This document shows, piece after piece, positions 1 to 9,309 of a DNA stretch of 64,000 bases (the stretch's first letter is position 1; every line of letters begins with the position of its first letter). The notes below the pieces were generated by a model that saw nothing but the letters and a program-made list of their open reading frames with translations, searched no databases and was not told where the DNA came from. The stretch spans positions 301,300 to 365,299 of IMG/VR virus record IMGVR_UViG_3300038424_000251. One strand, written 5' to 3'. Made by a program: the position numbers and the translations under genes.

Positions 1-1
1 T

Positions 2-778
2 AATAAACAAATATTTACATTAGATGCCATTAACCAAGGTTTGACATCAATGTATTATTATTGGACATTGAATAGCGTCACAGAATCAAATTTTTCAAAT
101 AATCCATTATCAATATTGAGTGGTGTACCTAATTCTTTAACTTCTCTATCATGTTCAAATTGCTCTTTGGCATCGTTTTACACATTCCAATCTTCATCGT
201 TAAGTACTCTAAGTTGTGATGGTAATTTCTTAACATCATTACCAAATTTTCCAACATCCATGTCGTATATAAATTGCTCAAATAACAATTTGACATCTTT
301 AAATTTACCATTAACATTATCATATTTGAATTGTTCTTTAAATCAACTGACTTCACTACCAAGTGTTCTTCCATCAGGGTCATATACATTTTTGGCTGAT
401 AATAATCAGATACAAGTTTTACCATCTGCCCTTCCAGATACCATAGTTACTATGTCAATGAATAATAATACTTCATTATTAAACTTTTCACTAACACCTT
501 TACCTGCTCAATTGGGTTATCTTTCTTTCAATAATTGTCCAAATATAGGTAGTTTACCGAGCATACCGACAGGAGTTTTATATTTATCTTTACAAAGTTG
601 TAGTCTTAATTCGACAGTTTTGGAGAATATTACAGCTAATTTAGCATCTAGTAGCTTATCTGCTAGTATGATTAGCGGAACAGTTGATATAAGAGGAAAT
701 GGCGCACCCGATAGTACAGCATTAAACAATTTACAGACGTTAATAAATAATGGATGGGTGGCATTATACGATATGTAA
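2..778 (+). CDS. C-terminal part of a leucine-rich-repeat protein (probably a virion fibre/adhesin); truncated at the window edge
   Basis: Repeated LxxLxCxxNxLTSLP units (LSTLSCDGNFLTSLP, YINCSNNNLTSL, YLNCSLNQLTSLP). The frame is open from position 2, so the TTG at 41 is probably not the real start. Confidence 0.75.
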   Translation, partial: NKQIFTLDAINQGLTSMYYYWTLNSVTESNFSNNPLSILSGVPNSLTSLSCSNCSLASFYTFQSSSLSTLSCDGNFLTSLPNFPTSMSYINCSNNNLTSLNLPLTLSYLNCSLNQLTSLPSVLPSGSYTFLADNNQIQVLPSALPDTIVTMSMNNNTSLLNFSLTPLPAQLGYLSFNNCPNIGSLPSIPTGVLYLSLQSCSLNSTVLENITANLASSSLSASMISGTVDIRGNGAPDSTALNNLQTLINNGWVALYDM

Positions 779-806
779 TACTTATACTTAAAAGGAATAT
801 AAAAAT

Positions 807-1754
807 ATGTCATTACAAAGCATACCAATCAGTGGTTTAAATCCGGATAGTGTAGTTGTATCAAGTGATTTTATACCAATAGTTCAAAGTTCTTCTTTAA
901 CAACTTTTAGAGTACCATTGTCAGTGTTAGCGAATTGGATATCTTCGTCTGTTGATGCTAGTTCTTCATTTTCATCTGTATCAGCATCATATGCCTACTC
1001 AGGCAGTTGGGCTTTTATGAGTATTAGCTCCAGTTATTTAATTTATCCTAATTTATCTACTGCTTCATATGCAATAAGTTCAAGTTATGCAATAAGTTCA
1101 AGTTATACAATAAGTGCTTCGTGGGCATCATCGCCTGCTAGTTCTTCGTGGGCTTCTCGGTCTATTTGGTCGTTATCATCATCGTTTGCTTCTCGGTCTA
1201 TTTGGTCGTTATCATCATCGTGGGCTTCACAGTCAATAAGTTCATCGTGGAGTCCATTTATTCCATCAGTTAGTGCCTCATATGCTTTTAACTCATTGAG
1301 TTCAAGTTATTCAGCAACAGCAAGTTATACACCACCATCTGCTAATATGATACGTGCTTTTGGTACGATATTAATGGCGCAAGCAAACAAATATGATACT
1401 ATACTTATTTCATCAGCTTCATATAACATAAAATCTGCTGTATATTTAGGTAATAATAATGCAAGTAATATTCTACCAGATAATAATTGGTCTTCACCAT
1501 TAGGTGTAAATACATTACACACTCATTTACCCGGAAATGCCATTTGTATTACGTTTAATAATCCTATGCCAACAAAATATTATACGGTTGTAAATACCTA
1601 TAATGGATACGAACCTTATGGGTATGAGGGTATTAATACATATATCAGTCCAGTAGGTCAAACTATTAATGGATATACTATGTCATTTTCTGGTGGTGAT
1701 AATAGTAGTACTGAAGGAAAATTCTTAACTAATTTCATGGTTTTACATCCGTAA
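807..1754 (+). CDS. Ser-rich tail fibre/adhesin-like protein with a C-terminal beta domain
   Basis: SSSYAI/SASWAS repeats. The C-terminal ICITFNNP..YYTVV segment resembles that of the 24918 protein. AAGGA lies upstream. Confidence 0.6.
   Translation: MSLQSIPISGLNPDSVVVSSDFIPIVQSSSLTTFRVPLSVLANWISSSVDASSSFSSVSASYAYSGSWAFMSISSSYLIYPNLSTASYAISSSYAISSSYTISASWASSPASSSWASRSIWSLSSSFASRSIWSLSSSWASQSISSSWSPFIPSVSASYAFNSLSSSYSATASYTPPSANMIRAFGTILMAQANKYDTILISSASYNIKSAVYLGNNNASNILPDNNWSSPLGVNTLHTHLPGNAICITFNNPMPTKYYTVVNTYNGYEPYGYEGINTYISPVGQTINGYTMSFSGGDNSSTEGKFLTNFMVLHP
1069..1222 (+). repeat. In-frame tandem repeats (18-nt and 36-nt units) in the Ser-rich stalk
   Basis: atgcaataagttcaagtt repeated from 1069; gcttctcggtctatttggtcgttatcatcatcgt at 1152 and 1188. 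Confidence 0.85.
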
Positions 1755-1789
1755 AATAGTTATAATATATTACTACTGATGAATTCATA

Positions 1790-2791
1790 ATGAAAGACAA
1801 AAACTTACTAAAGTCTAAATTTTCATGGATATTAGGATGTTCAGCACTTTTTATAGCATTGTGTGCAGCATTTTTTAGTGTTTATGGTATTTCAACCCTT
1901 TTTGCAGGAGCATTTATTTCCGCTGTAATTATGGCGTCATCTCTTGAAATAGGTAAATTGGTTGGAGTTACATTTCTATATCGTTATTGGACAAAATGTA
2001 GGGGATTTTTAAAAGCATATTTAATAAGTGCTATTTTGGTATTAATGCTTATAACGTCATTAGGTATTTTTGGTTATTTATCGGCTGCTTATCAAAAATC
2101 TTCCTCAGAATTTAATGTGGCACAAGAAAAGATATCAAATGTACAGGACCAAAAAACCTATTACAAAGATAAAATAGATGTGGCTAAAAAGCGTATTGAT
2201 GACCTTACTAAACTTCGGGCTTCTCAAGAAACTACAATAAATAACGTGATAGAAAAGAAAGGTCTTTTTTCTTCAAAGTGGAATCAATCATCACAACAAC
2301 AAACGGTGGATTTAATCTCTGATACTGATAAGAGTATAAAAGAAGAAAATCAAAAAATACAAGAATCTATTGATACTATTCGTGGTATTGACAATCAAAT
2401 TAATCAGTTAAAATCAACAATAGTAGCAAGAAAAGATATTCAGACTTTTAAATTTGTTGCCGATGCATTAAAATTACCATTGGATACTGTAGCTAGATGG
2501 TTTATTTTATGTTTAATTTTTGTATTTGACCCATTGGCAATTTCTTTAGTTTTAGCATACAATGTAGCTGTTTATAGAAAAGAAGATGAATCCGTATATG
2601 ATAGAAATACAAATAATATTCCAGTATTGTTGAAAAGCGAACCAGAACCTTTGCCACCACCCATATCTCAACCAAAAATTGATTCAGAACCTTTGCCTAC
2701 TGTCAAAGAGGAACCAAAAGTAGAGAAAATAGAAGAAAAGAAACCTAAATATAATATGCCATTGTGGTATAAACAAATGTTTAAACTTTAA
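1790..2791 (+). CDS. Membrane protein with N-terminal TM helices, a central coiled coil and a further TM helix
   Basis: Hydrophobic helices at about aa 13-97 and 236-257, heptad-rich middle, Pro/Glu-rich tail. Confidence 0.7.
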   Translation: MKDKNLLKSKFSWILGCSALFIALCAAFFSVYGISTLFAGAFISAVIMASSLEIGKLVGVTFLYRYWTKCRGFLKAYLISAILVLMLITSLGIFGYLSAAYQKSSSEFNVAQEKISNVQDQKTYYKDKIDVAKKRIDDLTKLRASQETTINNVIEKKGLFSSKWNQSSQQQTVDLISDTDKSIKEENQKIQESIDTIRGIDNQINQLKSTIVARKDIQTFKFVADALKLPLDTVARWFILCLIFVFDPLAISLVLAYNVAVYRKEDESVYDRNTNNIPVLLKSEPEPLPPPISQPKIDSEPLPTVKEEPKVEKIEEKKPKYNMPLWYKQMFKL

Positions 2792-2896
2792 TACTTGCCA
2801 AAATGAATAACATATATTAAACTCAATTATATTAAAAATTTTGATATTTAATTAGTTATTCAACTATATATGACGCTGATAATCCTTATGTAATTA

Positions 2897-3034
2897 ATGA
2901 TGAATCAATCTGATATAAATTGTATAGTAGAACTATTAAGTAAAGCCATAAAACAAAATGATTGGGATGCCGTGGCAGAAGCTCTTGAATATATTCAAGA
3001 ATTTCAAGATGACCCCCAATATGAAGAAGAATAA
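2897..3034 (+). CDS. Small acidic hypothetical protein (45 aa, not in ORF track)
   Basis: MMNQSDINCIVELLSKAIKQNDWDAVAEALEYIQEFQDDPQYEEE*; it ends 3 nt before the next ATG. Confidence 0.6.
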   Translation: MMNQSDINCIVELLSKAIKQNDWDAVAEALEYIQEFQDDPQYEEE

Positions 3035-3037
3035 CAT

Positions 3038-3331
3038 ATGTTAATTTCTTTAGTTATATTGTTGTTAATATTATTAATAGTATCTGTTGTTTTCAACTTT
3101 CTCCTTTTAAAAGCAGGTGAACGACAACTTGTAATAAATGAATTGTATATAAGCTGGATATCTGAATGGAGAATACAAGTTCTAAAGACTTGGGCACATA
3201 TGAAAATGCTTGATGATAAGCAAATGTTTGAAAAAGACGATGAAGTTGGCATTGTATTTCAAGATATGAAAGACCTTATACAGAATCTTAATAATAGAAC
3301 TGAAGAAACCATAGAAGAAGAAGGAGAATAA
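3038..3331 (+). CDS. Small protein with an N-terminal membrane anchor
   Basis: About 24 hydrophobic N-terminal residues; tight operon spacing. Confidence 0.65.
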   Translation: MLISLVILLLILLIVSVVFNFLLLKAGERQLVINELYISWISEWRIQVLKTWAHMKMLDDKQMFEKDDEVGIVFQDMKDLIQNLNNRTEETIEEEGE

Positions 3332-3339
3332 AATTTTCT

Positions 3340-4269
3340 ATGAAGAAGAAAAAAACCCTGAAGCATAGTCATGTCCATAAATTCAATAAGAAGAATAGAA
3401 AACTAAGAAAAAAAACTATTCATCGAAAAAAAAGAGTTGTTCGTCATTATAGAAGAAAGGTGATGCGCCGATATCATAAGAAAAGAGTTATAAAAAATCC
3501 TATAATATCATCTGTATCTCCCATTGTAGTAATTACACCACCAAAACGAGGTAAAAGAAGTAGTAACACCTCCATTAGTAAGATGTATTTTACTAAAGAT
3601 ACTGAGGATTCTATTATTAAATATAATAACACAACTGATTCTCAAATTAGAGAAGATATTTACAATACTAAAATTAAACATCCGTTTGAAAAATTAGTTG
3701 AGAATATTTTTAATACATTTAAATTTAGTTATTTTGAAATTGGTCCTTTGGATGTTCAAAAAGAAACTGTCGCTCATTTAGTATCAAACATACATAAATT
3801 TGAAGCTGGAAAGGGTAAAGCTTTTTCTTATTTTTCAATTATAGCAAAACATTATTTAATTGCGTTAAATAACTCAACTTATAAAAGACGTAACCAACAT
3901 GTCGAAATAAGTGAAGAGCATGATGAAAATACAGTTCAGCTTCAAACCGAAGATAAACATTATAAAGATGCAGAAATGCATGAATTCATGGAGTTGATGA
4001 TAAAATTTTGGGAAAATAATGTAGGAAAAATTTTTACCAAACAAAGGGATTTAGATATAGCTAATGCGGTTATTGAATTGTTTAGAAGTTCTGACCGAAT
4101 AGATGCATTCAATAAAAAAGCTTTATATCTCTATATCCGAGAAATTTCGTCTTGTAAAACCCAGCAAATTACTAAAGTAATCAACAAGATGAAACAATAT
4201 CAAAATAACATATCCCGTTCTTATCTTAACCAAGGTTCTATAAATACCGAAAATTACATAAAGGTTTAA
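3340..4269 (+). CDS. Phage late-transcription sigma factor (gp55-like) with a basic N-terminal extension
   Basis: Sigma region 2-like segment HKFEAGKGKAFSYFSIIAKHYL, preceded by MYFTK..IIKYN; located next to late genes. Confidence 0.6.
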   Translation: MKKKKTLKHSHVHKFNKKNRKLRKKTIHRKKRVVRHYRRKVMRRYHKKRVIKNPIISSVSPIVVITPPKRGKRSSNTSISKMYFTKDTEDSIIKYNNTTDSQIREDIYNTKIKHPFEKLVENIFNTFKFSYFEIGPLDVQKETVAHLVSNIHKFEAGKGKAFSYFSIIAKHYLIALNNSTYKRRNQHVEISEEHDENTVQLQTEDKHYKDAEMHEFMELMIKFWENNVGKIFTKQRDLDIANAVIELFRSSDRIDAFNKKALYLYIREISSCKTQQITKVINKMKQYQNNISRSYLNQGSINTENYIKV

Positions 4270-4299
4270 TAAAATACCATACGCCTCTATTTATAGGGT

Positions 4300-4677
4300 A
4301 TGGAAACTGATTTTGAATTATTTGAAGGAAAATCCTTCAGGGATTTATGTAGAGATATTGTTACTAATCAAACTCATCGCAAAGAACAAATCGAAATTTT
4401 TATTGGAGATTTGCGTCCAATGATTAAAACGGTTAACGATGCTATGCAAGTTGTTCCTCTTATAAAACAATATATTGATGCAGGCATTTCTAATGACGAA
4501 CATCTTGTAAAATTGGCTCAAATTTGCCAAAGAATTATGGCTATTCAAGCTAATGTTGAAGCCGGTGGTGGTTCTTTTGGTCTTAGTGAAGAAGAAAAAA
4601 AAGAATTGATGACTACTATTGATGAGATTAAGAAATCAGATTCGGTTATTGTTAAAACTATTTCTCAAAAGGAATAA
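4300..4677 (+). CDS. Hypothetical helical phage protein
   Basis: Clean ORF with TATTTATA 4 nt upstream. Confidence 0.65.
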   Translation: METDFELFEGKSFRDLCRDIVTNQTHRKEQIEIFIGDLRPMIKTVNDAMQVVPLIKQYIDAGISNDEHLVKLAQICQRIMAIQANVEAGGGSFGLSEEEKKELMTTIDEIKKSDSVIVKTISQKE

Positions 4678-4680
4678 GTT

Positions 4681-6297
4681 ATGTCATATTGGAATAGACC
4701 TTTTAGTAACTTTGCTCCTTCGTTAGATACAGTATCTCTTTCTGCTGGTATGCGAAAGGGTAAGACTACTGCTGATGAATTTTATGAAATAGAACCTGCT
4801 ATAGTCTTAGATATAATATTAGACATAAATCATCCTTATTTTAAAGAAAAAAATTATAAATTGATTCCTGACCAATGGCCTGTCTGTATAAATGGAAAAC
4901 CGCCTCTAAATACCGACCAAGATTATACTTGGGTAGGTAGAGCGCAAGTCAGGCTTCTTTATAGTCAACGTAATGTAGCTAAAGAAGATTTGATATGGGC
5001 AATACCTTTGGAATCCAATATATCAGAATATCCTGTATTAAATGAAATTGTTGGTGTAGTATTTTATTTGGGTCAATATTATTATACAAGAAAAATTAAC
5101 ATCTTTAATACTCCTAACGCTGATGCTAATTTTAATATGGAATTAGCGTATGGTGGATTTAGAGATAATCCTCAATCTATAATTCAAGGAAATAGAGAAT
5201 TATTGGTTAATTCTACAGACCCAAAAATTCCGTATATTGGACCACCCTCTAAGTTAAACTCTTTAGGTAGTGTTGGATATGTAGGTGCATTAGGAAGATA
5301 TTTTTTTTATAATAATAGAATACGATGCCTTAAGAGAAGAGAAGGAGATTTGATTTTTGAAAGTCGTTTTGGGCAGTCTATTCGATTTGCTTCTTATGAT
5401 GACAACAGAAATAATGATAAAGGTTATAATTCTGATTTCAGTGGATATGCTGATTATAAAGGTAGTGGTATAACCAATCCATATTCTAAAACAGAAGCAG
5501 GTGGCGGCAATCCTATGCTTCTTATTCGCAATCGTCAACGACCATTAAATTCAACAAGTGATGATGAGAAAAATGTTGGTGGTTACATGCTAGAAGATAT
5601 TAATAATGATGGTTCTTCTATACATCTTACATCAGGTGTTACTTTAAGTGCATTTCAAACAACATGCTTAAAGAAAATGTGGGGAATGGGAGAAGAACAA
5701 TCTAAATTTAACGGTAATACTTTATTTGTATTTCCTAAATTATTAGGTGACCAGATAGTAATAAACAGTGATAGAATTGTTATTTCAGCTAAAAGAAACG
5801 AAATGTTTCAATATTCAAAAAAACGAATGGCATTTGTTACGGATGATGAATTTACAGTTGATGCTCAAAATCAAATAGTTATTAACACAAACAATAAAAC
5901 GGTATTAAATTCCCCGGCTATTTATTTAGGAGAATATAATCAGACTAATGAACCTGTTTTGCTTGGGCAAACATCGGTCAATTGGCTGTATAATTTGTGT
6001 AATTGGTTATTGGAACATACCCATTGGTATAAACACAATCATCCGGATGCACAGGGTGGAACAGTGGGTGGCCCAAATCCGGTTCAAACACAAGCATCGG
6101 TTCAGATAGCATCTTTGATTGTATTAAGAGATACTTTAAATTTATTAATGAGTAGAAGAGTATTTGTAGTGGGTGGCGGGCTAGCACCGGGTGTGAATGG
6201 TGGGACTATTCCAAACGGTGCATCACCTGTAACAATAACCACACCTTCTGGGACTGGAGTTCCGGGCGGATGGGGCGGGTCTAATTATAAAACATAA
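4681..6297 (+). CDS. Baseplate hub/central spike protein (gp5-like, no lysozyme domain seen)
   Basis: OB-like N-terminus (EYPVLNEIVGVV), EGDLIFESRFGQSIRF, beta-repeat region, C-terminal HTH..HNH apex motif; upstream of gp25 and gp6. Confidence 0.65.
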   Translation: MSYWNRPFSNFAPSLDTVSLSAGMRKGKTTADEFYEIEPAIVLDIILDINHPYFKEKNYKLIPDQWPVCINGKPPLNTDQDYTWVGRAQVRLLYSQRNVAKEDLIWAIPLESNISEYPVLNEIVGVVFYLGQYYYTRKINIFNTPNADANFNMELAYGGFRDNPQSIIQGNRELLVNSTDPKIPYIGPPSKLNSLGSVGYVGALGRYFFYNNRIRCLKRREGDLIFESRFGQSIRFASYDDNRNNDKGYNSDFSGYADYKGSGITNPYSKTEAGGGNPMLLIRNRQRPLNSTSDDEKNVGGYMLEDINNDGSSIHLTSGVTLSAFQTTCLKKMWGMGEEQSKFNGNTLFVFPKLLGDQIVINSDRIVISAKRNEMFQYSKKRMAFVTDDEFTVDAQNQIVINTNNKTVLNSPAIYLGEYNQTNEPVLLGQTSVNWLYNLCNWLLEHTHWYKHNHPDAQGGTVGGPNPVQTQASVQIASLIVLRDTLNLLMSRRVFVVGGGLAPGVNGGTIPNGASPVTITTPSGTGVPGGWGGSNYKT

Positions 6298-6305
6298 TAC
6301 ATAAT

Positions 6306-6860
6306 ATGAAAATAGATGAATTAAGAAAAGCTATTCGACACTTGGTAAGACAAGAAGTTAAAAAAACGGTAGCAGAAGAGGTCAGTAAAGCTATGGGTAA
6401 GGTGTTGGTGGAAATGGTAAAGGAAATTAAATCCAATAATCCTTCTAAGATAATTGAAGATGTTGAAGAAGTGCCAGAATCTACTGCTGCTATCATACAA
6501 ACAAAAAATCCAAAACTTAATTCTGTTTTGGCTGAAACTGCTCGTAATTTCAAACCATTACAGAAAACAACTGATGCATCTTTGATAGAATTGATTGGTG
6601 GCGGAATGGCAAAAATAGGTCAAGAGGAAAATATGGAATCAGAACAACCTGCTACTAAAATAGATTTCCTGAAACAAATAGTAGGACAGCCATCAGAAGT
6701 AAGTCAACCATCTGCTTTAGATGGCGGAGCTGAAGTTCCTGCTGCTTTAAAGAAGGTTTTCAAAAAGGACTTTAGAGCTATTATGAAAAGGATAGATGAA
6801 CAGAAAAAGGGAACAGCTAGTGGAGGATATATTGATACTACAAAACTTTTATCTGGATAA
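6306..6860 (+). CDS. Hypothetical virion-associated protein with an N-terminal ELRKAIRHLV amphipathic helix
   Basis: ORF within the structural operon; its N-terminus resembles the MKKSQLKxLIKEIV family. Confidence 0.6.
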   Translation: MKIDELRKAIRHLVRQEVKKTVAEEVSKAMGKVLVEMVKEIKSNNPSKIIEDVEEVPESTAAIIQTKNPKLNSVLAETARNFKPLQKTTDASLIELIGGGMAKIGQEENMESEQPATKIDFLKQIVGQPSEVSQPSALDGGAEVPAALKKVFKKDFRAIMKRIDEQKKGTASGGYIDTTKLLSG

Positions 6861-6862
6861 TT

Positions 6863-7297
6863 ATGGCAACTATAGTCACAAATCCTATATCAGCAGTTCC
6901 AATTGGATTAACTTTACCAATTCAAGATGGTAATAGTGGATATTTTGCACAATCGTTTGATACTTTAACACAAGTTAAAACCAATATTACTAATCTTTTA
7001 AATACTCGTCAGGGAGAAAAAAGATTTCAACCAACATTTGGAACAAGATTATGGAATTTGGTTTTTGAACAAAACGTAGATACGTTGAAAGACCAAGCAA
7101 TTAATATAGTGAGTGAAGATATATCATCATGGATACCAAATGTGACGGTTACTAATGTAACTGCTAATTTATTAACAAGTAATCAAATAATAGCAGAAAC
7201 AGATATTTATATGTTGGAAATTGCTGTGACTTTCATGGTAAATTTAACAAAACAAATTGACACGGTAATAGTAACAATTAATAATGCCTTACAGTAA
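6863..7297 (+). CDS. gp25: Baseplate wedge subunit, gp25/GPW-like
   Basis: QVKTNITNLLNTRQGEKRFQPTFGTRLWNLVFE signature. Confidence 0.85.
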   Translation: MATIVTNPISAVPIGLTLPIQDGNSGYFAQSFDTLTQVKTNITNLLNTRQGEKRFQPTFGTRLWNLVFEQNVDTLKDQAINIVSEDISSWIPNVTVTNVTANLLTSNQIIAETDIYMLEIAVTFMVNLTKQIDTVIVTINNALQ

Positions 7298-7300
7298 TTT

Positions 7301-9289
7301 ATGGCAACAACAACACAAAAAAGCTTTCAGCCAAATAGTAAAGAAGTAAGATATCTCAATAAGGATTTTTCTCAATTTCGCCAAAATCTTATTAATTTTG
7401 CCAAGTATTATTTTCCAAACACTTATGCTGATTTTAATGATGCAGCTCCGGGTATGATGTTTATTGAAATGGCATCTTATGTTGGAGATGTTTTATCTTA
7501 TTATACTGACTATGCTTTCAAAGAGGGTCTTCTTTATAATACAACAGAGAGAAAAAATATTATCGCTCTAGCAAAATATCTTGGTTATACAACTTCGCCG
7601 GCAAAAGGTGCCACCGGACAGATAAATGTATCTCAAATTTGTCCTACTACAGTTGATGAGAATGGAAATTATGTTCCTGATAATAATTATGCATTAAGTA
7701 TTCAGGAAAATATGCAAGTGTCTAATAATGCTGGTGCATATTTTTTGACTTCTGAAACCATAGATTTCACAGTTAATACCAACTTATCTCCGTTGACTTC
7801 ATCAGTTTATCAAAGAGATAATACAGGAGTTCCCACATTTTTCTTATTGCAAAAAACTTCTAATATTCGTTCAGGACAAATTGTAACTAAAACTTTTACA
7901 ATTAGTGCAATGCAACCATTTATAAATCTTTATCTTGATGAGGATAATGTTTTGGAAATCATAAGCGTGGTTGATTCTGATAATAATCAATGGCATCAAG
8001 TTGATTTCTTAGCTCAAGAAATGGTTCTTACTGATGTTCCAAATAATGAAGCATTTGAAGGAACGCTTTCCACTTATCAAGGTACTGTTCCTTATATTCT
8101 TGATTACTTGAAAACATCACGAAGATTTACAGTTAATGTAGATGAAAATAATAAAACATATTTGCAATTTGGAGCTGGAACGAGTGGATTTGCTGATGAA
8201 ATTATTAATTTAAGTTCACAACAAATTGGAGTTGGATTATCTAACATAAGTAATCTTAATTTACCAATAGACCCTTCTAATTTTCTTAATAATGACACTT
8301 ACGGATTAGCACCACAAAATACTACATTGACTGTAACATATACAATTGGTGGTGGTTTTGAGTCAAATTCACCATCAAATTCCATTATCAATGTCGATTC
8401 AGTTACTATAAACAATTCAACAGATGGACTTACACCTGAACAAACGTCACTTCTCAATACCGTTCAAAGTTCTTTAAAAGTTAACAACCCAGATGCTACC
8501 GTGGGCGGTGCTGGACCTGAAAGTAATGACAATATTCGGCAAAATGCTATTGCTGCTTTTGCAGCTCAGAATAGAGTAGTTACACAAAATGATTATTTGG
8601 CAAGAGTATATGCATTACCCCCAAAATATGGTTCAATTGCTAAAGCGCAGGTTATAACTTATAATAGTTTGGATGTATATCAAAATCAAATTTTAACAGG
8701 AACAGTTAGTCAAGACAATATTGCTATTGTTAATAATGCCAATACCCAAACTTATTTTAGGAATGTTGCTTTTGATAGAAGCAATCCTTTTGCTGTTAAC
8801 CTTTATATTTTGTCATTTGATGAAAATGGAAATCTTACTCAATCAAATGAAGCGTTGGTAACTAATTTGTTGACTTATTTGAGACGTTATAGAATGTTGA
8901 CTGATGGCATTAATGTTATTGATGGTTATATAATCAATATAGGAGTCCAATTTACAATCAGTGTTTTCAAAGGTTATAATAAGAAAGATGTATTAACAAA
9001 TGCTATTGCTGCTGTTCAAGCTTTTTTTGATATAGATAAATGGGAATTCTCACAACCTATTAATTTAAGTAGCTTAAGATTGGAAATTGCTAAAGTTGAA
9101 GGTGTTCAGACGGTTGTATCGTTAAATATTATCAATCTTACACCATTAACAACCAATGGTGGAAATTATTCTCCCGTAGCATACGATATTTCAGCTGCTA
9201 CTAAAAATGACATAATTTATCCTTCTTTGGACCCATCCATTTTTGAAGTAAAATATCCAAACAGTGATATACAAGGAACCACAATGTAA
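7301..9289 (+). CDS. gp6: Baseplate wedge subunit gp6 (baseplate J-like)
   Basis: KDFSQFRQNL..YADFN..GMMFIEMASYVGDVLSYY and GGAGPES..QNRVVTQNDY motifs. Confidence 0.85.
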   Translation: MATTTQKSFQPNSKEVRYLNKDFSQFRQNLINFAKYYFPNTYADFNDAAPGMMFIEMASYVGDVLSYYTDYAFKEGLLYNTTERKNIIALAKYLGYTTSPAKGATGQINVSQICPTTVDENGNYVPDNNYALSIQENMQVSNNAGAYFLTSETIDFTVNTNLSPLTSSVYQRDNTGVPTFFLLQKTSNIRSGQIVTKTFTISAMQPFINLYLDEDNVLEIISVVDSDNNQWHQVDFLAQEMVLTDVPNNEAFEGTLSTYQGTVPYILDYLKTSRRFTVNVDENNKTYLQFGAGTSGFADEIINLSSQQIGVGLSNISNLNLPIDPSNFLNNDTYGLAPQNTTLTVTYTIGGGFESNSPSNSIINVDSVTINNSTDGLTPEQTSLLNTVQSSLKVNNPDATVGGAGPESNDNIRQNAIAAFAAQNRVVTQNDYLARVYALPPKYGSIAKAQVITYNSLDVYQNQILTGTVSQDNIAIVNNANTQTYFRNVAFDRSNPFAVNLYILSFDENGNLTQSNEALVTNLLTYLRRYRMLTDGINVIDGYIINIGVQFTISVFKGYNKKDVLTNAIAAVQAFFDIDKWEFSQPINLSSLRLEIAKVEGVQTVVSLNIINLTPLTTNGGNYSPVAYDISAATKNDIIYPSLDPSIFEVKYPNSDIQGTTM

Positions 9290-9309
9290 ATTAGGTAAGA
9301 TTAAACAAT

